Of a stretch of 64,000 bases of DNA, positions 13,132-25,100 are shown piece after piece. How positions within the stretch are numbered: position 1 is the stretch's first letter; every line of letters starts with the position of its first letter. Position numbers and translations under genes: made by a program. Below the pieces are notes generated by a model. It saw only the letters and a list, made by a program, of their open reading frames with translations, did no database searches and had not been told where the DNA came from. The stretch is from contig OZ296649.1 in assembly GCA_965655095.1 (NCBI GenBank), forward strand, positions 92,628,001 to 92,692,000, in the 5' to 3' direction. The DNA is from Haplodiscus bocki (taxonomy: Eukaryota).

Positions 13132-16100
13132 CTAAAACCCACAGATTTTTCACCTTTTCACCTCAGCTTTTCTCAAAATAGTTGTCTCAAGTTTTCGCAA
13201 ATACTATCAAACTTGGAACTTAATGGCGTTTCTGATGCATTCGCATTTTTCATTAAGTTCAGCGCTTTTGATAGTGAGCATTTTCCCCCTTTTCTTGCAA
13301 AATAACTTTACTGGCAAGTGTTTTTTGATGATCTTTGAAGCGCCCAAGTCGTTGAACCGCGAAAATATCAAGGTTGATGGTTTACTTATGTTTAAAAAAT
13401 TTTTCGCCAATTTTTTGATATCCCAAAAAACTTCTGGTTTTATTTTTTTTCAAATAGGGTAAGCCTAATTTCGGTGTGATGATCTTACCTGGAGCTTGTT
13501 CTGCTGCGCCATAATCATAGTAATAATCATAGTCGTAATCAGTTCCATCCTGGCTCCTGTTCAAGCGAATGTCGGGCGCTCCATTCGTTGCGTTTGCTGC
13601 TGGCGGTTGGTTGAAGTTTCTTTTCTCAATGGGATAGTATGCCGGTTGAGAAGGTGTTGCCTCTGGGACATTGACTGCGAATATGAATATTCCACAGGAA
13701 AGAATGAGAACAGTGAAAATGGCCAAAAACCAAAGAGTCTCCGCCATCATTTTGCGGATCATAATCCACATTGGTCCCAGTTTGGAGCTGCATTGATAGA
13801 AGCGGAGGAGACGGACCCACATTAACATGTTTATGCCACAATTCATCATGATGGCAGTATTGCGGGTCCATTCCCAACTCGTCAACGGAAAAGACACCAA
13901 GCCCATGCTGCAAAAGTGCAAGCCAAAACGCAATAATGAACAATTTATTTCTGTCTTATAGAGTGCTGAAGTGGTTTGGAAAATGCAGGAATTATATCTG
14001 CAAGGAAAATTTCGAACATCGTGCCTTGAGCTTTACAGTCTTATCGCTTATCCTTATCTCATTCTGTAAATCGCTTTATTATTTTCTGTCGTAATTTACG
14101 AAAGGAAAATGACCCCCTCAATTCCCAGGAATTTGTCCATTCGGAGTGAAAATGTTTACGTTTTTTTAACTCCAAAATCTTCTGGACTCGCAGAATGCAG
14201 TTTTGACAGCCCCGACGAAAAATTTCCGATCAAAGTCCGGAAAAACAATGATACTTTTGAAAAAAAGTCTAACTGAAATAATTGTCCTGACACGTAGAAT
14301 GAAGTTTTGAAATCCATGCCAAAAATTTCTCGCTCAAAGTCATATTTTTGGTTTCGGTCCGATAACTTTTTGATAGTTTTCTTTGCGATAAATACTTGAA
14401 ACCGAGCTAATTTTGGCCAACTTGACCAAAGTTGTCACATTGTAGGTCGTTAATTTCCGCATTTAGGGCTCCAAATTGCCTCAATTTTGCACAGACTGAA
14501 CAAGGAGACTCTACCGTATCGCACACTAAATTTTGATGGCAGTCCGACAATTTTGCATTTGTTGTGTTAGCGATAGAATCTCGAAAACCAAGCTATTTTT
14601 GACCAAATTGATTAAAGTTGTCATAGTATGGGTCGTTTGTATCTGCATCTAGGGCTCCCAATTGCCTAAATTTTGCTTGAGTTTAAGGAAAATACTCTGG
14701 TCTATCACACACTAGATTTTGGCTGGGGGCCGATACTTTTTCGATACTTTTGTTTGCGATAGAATCGTGAAAACCAAGCTATTTGTGGCCAGTATCATCA
14801 AAGTCTTCATCAAATAGGTCGTTTACATCCGTATGAAGGGGCTCCAAATTGGCTGAATTTTACGCAAGCCTAAAGACAAAACTCTGTTCTACCACACTAT
14901 ATTTTCATTGTGGTCGGATATTCTTCTGATGTTTTTTCTGCGAAATAATCTTGAAAATCGAACGTTTTCGGGTAATTCCAAGATTTTTGGGACTTTCAAA
15001 TCTTCTATTTTGGGCACTATGATTTATTTGAAGTTAAATTTCCCGAAAAAAAAATAAAATCAAAGCGTAGGTTTGTGTCAAAACTGTGAAAAACCCAGGT
15101 TTCAGTTGAAAGGTGATGACATGATTTTTTTTGGAGAACTCCTGTTTCGAGCCTGGCACTGAGCCCTTAGTGCGTTTGTTTTCTCTTTGCTTATGATTCC
15201 TGACCGGCGGAAAAGGCCAAATATGTTGTCAATAATCACATCTAGGTTTGCGAAATCATGTTTCTACACAACTACGAGCTTGAAGTCTCAAGCAACACCT
15301 CTCTACATCTGAAGGTCTATTCAATAGAAAAATAATGAATCTTGATCTTTGCGTGGGAATCCTGAGAGCCAAAAATGCCAAAACATGAATATGATGATTC
15401 TGAGGAAACGTTAACTTCAAATTGTCATTTTTCCATACCTTTTGGCCTCACTTCTTCCATCAAGGTATTAATTGAAAGCTTTCTAACTGTCGAAGTGTCT
15501 TGCATTCGAAATTTCTCGATTTTTGCAGAATCGACAGATTTTTAATGATTGGCCGAAAATGTCGAAAAGTGCGACTGTTATTATTTTGTCGATATTCAAA
15601 CTTTTAGTTTTCTATAGCTTTTCTGTGATACAACGCTGTTTACGGAAGTGTAATAAAGTTTTGTCCTTTTATAGGTGTAGTGAAAAATTACAAGTTAACG
15701 AATCAATCAAGAATATAGATGTTTGATTTCTTCCGACAAGGTGTAAATCGAAAACCACTTGTTATATGTTCGATCAATCATTTCTATGCCCGTTTGGCAG
15801 AAAATATTGCCGTGCGACTGCGCCTCTTGTTTCTAATGTCCTTAAAGTCTCGATATTTCTAAGTTGATTTGGAGAATGGCTGTAAAAGATGATGATATTA
15901 TTAGTAGGAACTGAACAGTAAGAAATCAAAGGTTTTACCTGAGATAAGCAACCTCGATGATGTTCCACTCACTCATTGCCCATATTCGCAGCTTCATACC
16001 CCAACTAGCCCTTTGTGTTACCAGTTGACGGTACGCTTCCAATGCGTAACAAACCATAAATTGAAAGCTCACCATTCCCCACACTGACCTAAAACAAGAA

Positions 16101-19100
16101 AACTAATTCGTTTATTTCTGATCCCGGGCATACCATCATACAAAAATCTGGAAATCATAGAAAGTCATATATGGCGATCTACACAAACATTAACGTCATA
16201 GAAAGTGCCATAGAGGTCTATGGTAACATGCAAGTCATAAAAAGACCATAATGTAGTATGATTCCATGCAAGTCATACACTGTACCATAGTACGGCCATA
16301 GTATGAAAAAGCATGCGCGAATTTTATTAGATTATGGTAACCTGTTCTAATGAACAAAAATTTGAGTTGAAATATTCATGGAAAACATTGTAGTAAAGTG
16401 TGAATTTCAATACTTCTGACTATAATATGACTGGGGAACATAATAAATGCCATCAAAGTTCATTTTTGGTTGCCTAGAATTAAAAAGGAGATCTTGTGAA
16501 ATCCCATCTCCGAAAAGTATAGTCTACAATGATGTAGTGTTGGACAAACTAGGACAAAGCTATGAGTCTTTCTTTCCTAGCAAAAACGCAGGAAGTTAAA
16601 ATTTGCAAGTTGCTGACGGTCATTCCCATTGGCAAGTTTTCAACATATTTGAATTACTCGACACCATGTAAATAAGAAATTGAAAGTTGTTTGTCAAAAA
16701 AATCAAGAAAAACATGAAAATCATTAGATGACTATACAAAGTACCACTGAAGTCATTAACTGGCCATACAAGTTTATGGCTGAGACTTTCCATACTATAA
16801 CCATTGAAAAAAACAGGGAATTATTGGCATTATCATAAGCTGTTTCTTTTGTATGGAAGTTTATGGTGCATAGTATTATTTGCATGTCAGGTCAACCCGG
16901 ATGGGAAAAGTTTCAGAACACTCTATATTGATTTCCAGTTTAAATACAGGACTTATGGAAGCTTCATAGTAAAAGCAATCAAAGTGAACTAACTTCATTC
17001 CTTGCCCAGTGTCAATTGTCGAAATTGTGAAGAAGGCCAGAAACACTAAATATGCGATTGTATGCATACAGAATTTAGCAATGGGCGATGTATAGAACGT
17101 ATACAACATGGTTTTTGTTGACATGGCTCTGCATTTAGATTCACCAGATGTTGAACTTGTTTCGGAATCTCGAGCACCCGATTGATGACTTGTTGGCTTG
17201 AGAATGCTGCTCGAAATGATGGGCAATGTTGTGTTAAGGCCATCAGCGGTTCTGAAAGCTCTGAGCTTATTCAAAGATAGTCGGCTGTTCGATAGATTGT
17301 CAAATCCAGTGATACTGTCTATTGTCAACGTATTATTTTGGTTTTGATGTGCACTCGCTTTGTTGTGAATATTTTTAGGAAAAGCTAGACTCCACTGTGA
17401 CGTATTTTTTGACTCTAGTTGGTCTTTGCAATTAATAGACTCTGGCAGCATCGAAGGAGAAGCCATGGCTTTTTTTGAGCTTGAGCGGAATTTTGCACTT
17501 TTCCATCGATTGATGAGCGAAGATCCCAATGGTGTGTAAGGAAAATCACGCCGAGAGCCAGGAGTACCGGTTTGGTCTTGGGTGCGCGAACCTCCTTCGT
17601 CTTCGACATCATCCAAGTTTTTCACCTATACAGCAGTGAGAGACTATTTATTGCCACTGAGACCCACTCACTTTTTGAATGCAACTATTTGTCGAGGTTC
17701 ATTTCCAGAAGGTTCAAACAATAGAGACACAAACTAGAACCTAGTGAGCATGTTCCGTTTGTAATTGAATCATTAATTTGAGCAGCAATATTCAACTAAA
17801 CATTCGGTTACCATAAAAATAACATTCGAAAGAATTGCTTCGAATTTTCGATCAATTTTGATGAAAGCAAGTGTCAAGACCGGGATACTTCCACCTTCCA
17901 AATTACGGAAGAAACCTTAAAATGTAATTCGAACTAAAAACTGTCCAAAATTGCATCGATAATCGAATTTTCAATTTTTTTTTGCAAAAAAACTTAAATT
18001 TTGGCAACAAAAACTTTTTTTTGAAAAAGACAACAATCCTGGACACATTCTGCGGGAAATATGGGAAAACTGATGAATTAAAAATTTTGCGTGCACTTTT
18101 ACTTCAATTCCTCGTGCAAATCTGATGTAAGAAAAACCTGAATGTTGAACAAATGATTTTCCTGCCAAATATGAAATATTGGATATATCGGGTGGAAATT
18201 AATAATGTTCGATTTTCTTGCAGTTTTAAATTTTTACTACGGTAGTAATATACGTTATTATACAATTTCGTAACAAGGAGTGAAAAAATTCTAACTTGGC
18301 AAAATGTGTCTGAAAAAAAAAGAAAAACACCCTAGCCATTGAATAATTTTCTTCTCCATATAAAATATGGAGGCGGAAAATAATAATCATGGGCAGCACA
18401 AACTTGGTACTTGCAAAGATCGTTATCCTGCTCCTGTTGTCGTTCTCTGTCCTGGGCGAGAATGTCAATGTCCAGTTGATCATCTGAGTCTTGGAGCTCT
18501 GCGTCATCAGTGATATCAAACTGATCATCATCGGGGATGGTTCTGCCAGTAGCAGCATTACCTTTCACGTGATCTCCTTCAACTCCACTGTCTTGATCGC
18601 TGTCATCCTCATCCAATAGACTCGCATTCGAGGAATGAGTCTCTTTCAAAGTCAACTCTTTCAGTCTGTATAAAACCAAATTATTTCAAGCATCCGAGGA
18701 ATTATAACCTACCCTATTACCAGTCAGAGCTATGATTTATATATGGAAGTAATAACTGCCGCAAACACCGATGCACAATGCATTATTTCCCAGATTGAAA
18801 TAGCGAAAAGATAAGTGATGGTTTGTTACCAAAAACATTGGTCAAACTGATTAAATTGTTTTTTTTAGAAGTGACGTGTGTACAAAACAGAGAAAACTGA
18901 CGAAACTAAATGCTCGTTATATTTCATTTTAATGAAAATTTGAGAACTGAAATCCTCTCATTTCTTATCCTTTCCCATATTTTCAACTGCAATCGAAATT
19001 ATGTGAAGAAGTCTGGAAAATTGTTAAACTAGTAAATAAAAAAAGCTTCAAACGACTCGCAAAAAAATTTTAGAGTGTGATTTTTTTGGAATAATATCTG

Positions 19101-22100
19101 AGCTTAAAATGGTAATTTGAATGGTTTATTGGAAACTTTTAATTCTAATGAAATTCCAAAAAGTAAGAACTGTGAAAAAAATTGATCACAGCTGTTGGCC
19201 CGGCGTTTGTTTGTACAAGGCTAACAGATACCTGTTTGACTTTCTCTGGCTCAAATCGAAAACAGTTGACTGGAAAAATCGGGGTTTACAACAGTTGTAT
19301 GAAATAAACATTCTGAAATTTGCTAAAAAATACATGCAGGCCATTTGAATTTTTGGTGAGCAAGCAACAGACTACTTTGACGGGACTTGTTTGAAAAGCT
19401 GCAGTTGTTCGACAATCTTTCTTCTACAGAAACAACAAATTTTCTAGACAGACATGTCACACTTTGCAAGTAACATGAGATCCTTAAGCTGGATACGGCT
19501 TAACATACCTACGGTTTTGATTAACAATGCGCGCGCTTTCTCTATGAAATAAAAGTTGAAGTTAACATTCACTACATCAAGTAAGCAAATGAAAATAGGA
19601 AGCTTCGAACTGAAATGAGCAAAATTTGGAGCTGAGGCCGTTGAATGCACTTACTGTTGAATTCTGCGAAGAGCAGCTACGGCGCGAATGAAAACGTCTC
19701 CTTGATTGGAAGTTTCCAACAGACGTTTCTTCTCCATTTTTAATGCTTCTTTCTTGGCCACTTCCGCTTTTCTGATGAGGTCTCGTTTCGCCTTAAGATG
19801 TCGCTGTGTTTCTTCATCTTCCTAAATGATTTTCATTTCATTAGATTGCTACAAAAAGGGCAATTGCAGCAAATTTGTTGCGCTAAAAATGCAGAGTACA
19901 CGATATATGTCCATATTTTGAAAATTTTGTATAGTTTCGCGATACACTTTTCGCGATAGTTTGTACCAAAATGGCTTTCTAAGACACTGACTTGATTTGG
20001 AATTCATACCATAAAGTATCTTGAAAAGGTAAATATCCGAAGAATTAGAGATTCAAAATTGGGACAGTGTTAAAATCTTCAGCTTTAAATTTTTAACATC
20101 GTTTTTCAGTTTATCATGAAGTTTAAATCGTTCTACGATGTCATCATCAGTGGTACTGGAATATCCGGAAGTACCCTGGCTGGACTGATGAGAACGAGTC
20201 CGTATCTTCGCAACAAATCCATCCTCTTGATTGATAGATCTGTGCCCAAGATAACTGACTCCCTTAAAAATATGCCTGGTGAATCAATGCCAAACTTTTC
20301 CAAACGTATCTATGCAATAAATTCAGCTGGAAAAAATATTTTAGAAAGGGTAGGATCTTGGGAAGTGATATGTGACGATTATCGTTACTGGCCAGCTTAC
20401 AAAATGCAAACTCTAGATTCGCTGTCTTCATCTGGCTTCACAACTTTTACAGCCAGTCAATACACGCAGGTAAGAGGCTATCCAGTAAGTGATAATGCAT
20501 GAATGCACCCATTTCGATGGCGCCAACTTTTATTTTTTGATGATTTGAGATTCTCTTGGAGCGATAAACAAAACCATTGTTTGTCGGATTGACCTTTTTG
20601 CGAATCTTTGGAATGAGCGTTGATAACAACTTGGATAACTCGAAAGCGATGTCATTGAAAACGATAGGACGAGGATGCGAGGCGTCCCAAAAGTTTCTTT
20701 TTTTTGGGAATTTCCTAAACAATTGCAAGAGAGCTAATTAAGCTGCACTGGCTATGTTTTAGGTCCCCCTGGCGTATTTTGTTGAGAGTGATGTGATCAC
20801 ATCGGGTAACTTAAAATGTCTTCTGGACGCTCAGATGAGTCACTGCGAAGTGCATGTAGGGAATGGAGAAATATCTTCTGTGGATGAAAATTCGTCGTTG
20901 GTTAAATTAAGTTTAAAGACAGGCGAAAGGCTGGCAACAAACTTACTTGTTGGAGCTGAGGGCTACAATTCATCCGTGCGTAATTTATGCAACATGAGCT
21001 GGTACACCTACTTATACAAGCACCAAGCCTTGGTGGGAACTCTGGGCATTCAATGCCCGGAAGGGAACCATACTGCATGGCAGCGGTTTTTGCAGTGTGG
21101 GCCAATAGCATCGCTTCCCTTATCGCAGAATGAAAGCTCTTTAGTTTTGTTTGCTGACAAGGAGTATTTGCAAGATCTCATGCAAAAACCCGAAGATGAG
21201 ATTGCTGAAGTTTTGAACAATTATTGGAACAGCGAAGACAATGAAATCAGCCAAAATTTGGGGTATGTCTTGGAATTTTTCTCGAAAGTACTTCAATCCG
21301 GGTTCCAGGCCTCATCTGGAACTTCAATGAATGCTATTCCAAAATCTCCAAAAATAATTTCAGTCGATAAATCATCTCTTGCAACATTTCCTGTCGGATT
21401 TGGACATGCTGTGCGTTACGTGAAACCTAATGTGGCCCTGATTGGAGATGCAGCTCACAGAATTCACCCTCTGGCAGGTCAAGGTGCAAACTTGAGTCTT
21501 TCTGATTGCTGGTTACTTTTCAACAAGGTTGAAGAGGCTTTGAAAAACGGAGAAAGTCCAGGAAAACTTTCGATCCTTTTGGAATATGAGAGACAAGCCC
21601 AGATAAATAATCTTCCTGTCCAGTTGTTCTGCGATTTAATATACAGAGTTTATGGCACGTCTGCTGTTCCAGTTGTGTTGGCAAGGACTTTGGCGGCCCA
21701 GGTGGTTCATAATCTGGACTTTATGAATGAATTGTTTGTGGGGAAAGCATCCTTCTCCAGCTTTTTCAGAAAAAGTAGTGTCCAAAAATGATTGGTTTAT
21801 AGTTTCAGATTGTTGTTGCAAATTTTGTTAATGAAAATGAATTGACGATTTTCGCATAATTTAATGTTTAAATATAGAATCTGTTTTGTTGTTTTTCACT
21901 AAGTTCAACGCAAACTAGGATCAAGGTGGAGCTTCAAAAAATGTAAGCTATGGAATTAATTTCTGAACTTTGTTGTTATCGGTTGTCTCAAAACTAAGGC
22001 AAACTAGATTTTTGCAGCTTGGAAATTGGCACTAAAACAGCTAACTTGGAGGAAATCGTTGATTTTCTTGGTTCTTTTGTCACTCTTGGATCGTTGCAAC

Positions 22101-25100
22101 ATTCCCATATTTTCTTTATCTGCCTCCATTTCGTCTATATCTGTTTCGAAGATGGTCTCTCGGGTAATCGCAGTCACAGCCGCAGCTCCACACGTCGAAG
22201 CAACAGCTGTAAACAAAGGACTATCCGTTTGGGTGTCGTTATTCGATTTCTTCTCCGGAGGGGGCTTTTCCTCTGTCGCTGGTTTTTCCTGGTCCCGAAA
22301 GAAGACGGGGATTCTGAAGGGTAGCAGGAATGCGATGAGGACCTGTTTCAAACTCGCAGTTAAACCCCCTTTCCACAAATTGTCGATGGCCACTTGAAGC
22401 AACGGATGTGCTATGAATTCTTTTGCTTCCTGAAAAAAATCTTGAATTGAGAAACAAGATTACTGTATAACTTGGTTGATGAGCAGCTGATTTTAATTGC
22501 TAAAAATAGGATGCCCACTGGGTTCTAAGATACCTATCCGATTTCTGTATGAGATTATCCGGTTTCACGATGAGATACCCGTCCAATTTCACTATTGTTG
22601 TCGAAAGGTGGCATCTATTTTTTGGGTACAGAATGAATTAATGAAGTTTTCTATAACTATGCACGAAAATATTGTCCTCCAATATTCATAATGAACCCTG
22701 AAAAACTGATCAAACAATAACACAAATATTTCGGACGTACAATGAAAGCAGCTAAGTCCATGAGGTTCGTCCTTTCGAAGCCTCTGTACTTGTAGGTGAC
22801 GAGGTCGGCAGCCATTTCTCTGTTTACATGCCAGGCCAAGTCCACCATCTCAGACGCCATTTTCAAGTAGTACTTACTGTTCTCCACCATGCCCGCTCGG
22901 GTCTCTTCATCTCTCGGGGGCACCACTGTCTTATGCGCTTCCCACAAACGGGAGCAAATAAGCGCCAGCATCAAGGGAGTCTGTAAAACATTTCAACTTT
23001 TATTATTTTCGCCATATTTATAATATGGAAGAAAGTCTTCGTCGCCGCGGGCATTTTTTAACGTTTAGTTGCCAATTGCTCAATTTCGGCAAAAATTGCA
23101 CGATTTTATATTTGAAAATTTTTCCTACCCAAATTATGGCAAATTTGCCCTAGAATGCGACTGAAATAGTAAGATTTCTCAAATACGTACGAAATTTGGG
23201 TTTTTTTGAAAAGTTGAGTTTTAAAAAAATCGGGAAATTCAGAGTTTTGACCTGCAATTCTCATTCGTAAAGATCTTTAAAGCCAACAGTTGAATAAATG
23301 TACATGAAAAGATCAAGCTTTGTGCATTTTTTTTCCAATAGTTTCAATATACGGGCAGACCTTTCTGCCAGATCGCCAGATTAAATTTTCAATCCGTCCA
23401 AGACAATTTAGAGATGTACTAAAGGTTTTTTCGGCTTCGGTGTCACTGTCATCACGCTCAACGAATAAAGCAGGCGAGTGGATGTACCGGACGACTTGAT
23501 AAACTCGCTTACTTTCTTCCTTCGGTATGATCATCATGACGCCATAACCGAAACACAATAGCCTGAGTTTAATCTCGCTTCTTTATTGGCTTGATGAATT
23601 CACTTACTTGCTTCGTTCTTTCGGCTATGACGTCAGAAAAATTTTGATAGTTTCGAAAAGCCGAGATACTGTTTCATATCACCATTTATATACAGGTTGG
23701 GCTGCAAGTTTACTGACTTCTTGTTTCAAGAGGTGAAAAGATTGAGACTCGATTCGATGACTTTAATAAAAAAAAACGTCGGATATGACCCATTTGAGAG
23801 GAAGATTTTGCTTCCATATTATATAATATGGCGCAAAATAATAAAATTATGGCAATTTGAAAACTTTAATTTTCATAATCTATGTAAATATTACTTTGGA
23901 TCGGGACCAGAAAAATTTGGACATCTCCATTTTGTCTGTCAGTATGGCCCAAATGCACAGCTCCCTGAAGGGGTCTTCGAAAGTGCGCAATTGACTCCTT
24001 GCTCCGGGAGTCTGGCCGTCACCTCCACTATCCGGCAAAGTCTTCAGTATGTGTTTGGGACGAGCACTCGTGCATATTTGGATTAAGTTATACACGTGCT
24101 TGATCTTGAAGTAGGGCTTCGATTTTCCTAAAGACTTACCTCATTCATTATAAAATTCGATTATGAAACTTTACTGGTGCATCAGTCGTTTAAGTACAGG
24201 CGTTTTTGTCAGTAGATTGAGAAAAAGTTTACAGTCGTTCAGAATAAGGCTGAGAGCTGAGTTTCTAAATCCTTACTTTCCGTTGAATGTATAGAAGAAA
24301 CTGAAAGAGACGCGTTGAAATGGTGAAACTTAATCTGAGACTAATGTACAATTTTTATGTTCGTTTCACACTCTTTTTGATCAATTGAACTCACCTAACG
24401 CTCTTTATCTGCCATTGAAATGAAGTGTGTGGAAACCTGTGTGTTAATTAGTTACAAATTGAACTATGGTTTTGTGCATTGCATAACCATGGATGCTTCC
24501 TTTTGAAAAAATTGACGCAATATATCCACTGTTTCTGCAACGGGTGTGACTCACCATTGCGAGCGCGTTTGAGAAGCTTTACCAGCGGAGGGTAATGGTC
24601 ACATGCATGCGAATATATTTTAGCCAGCTGATCAGTCGTCAAATACTTGGCAATATCCAAGCCATGCTCCAAAAACAACTTGATGAACTCCACTTTGTCC
24701 TCCACCAAAGCCTGAAATTGGAAATCAGTCAAGTTATCGATCAACGGGTAAAGCTGTTTTCAAGTATTTTGGATTCACAATGAAGTTCTATATTGTTTTA
24801 GATGTACTTTAGATGTACATTTATTAACAGAGAAACTCCAACAGTCGATCTATATTTAACAAGCCGGGAATGGCCGGGAACTAAGAAGTGTAATGGGCGG
24901 GCTTTTTAATAATATTACTAAAACGCCGACTAAAAATGGGCAGACTAAGGTTTCCAAGTTTGCGGAATGGGTGAAAGTGAAAAATTTATATTGAGTTGAA
25001 CAATGTACAAACATCGATCTCTGTTGGAAACAGTTTTGTTTTGTATTTGGTATTCTTACATATGTCATGCGCAAGACAAACAAGCCGAGAACAGCCAAGT

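Noticed and set aside
14350-15030. Regularly spaced repeats as a CRISPR array
   Set aside because: Whole units are homologous and degenerate with no unique spacers, there are no cas genes, and the context is eukaryotic.
16122-16905. CATA/CATAG-rich MITE with ccggg ends
   Set aside because: Probably repetitive, but the terminal inverted match is only about 5 bp, so boundaries and class cannot be supported.
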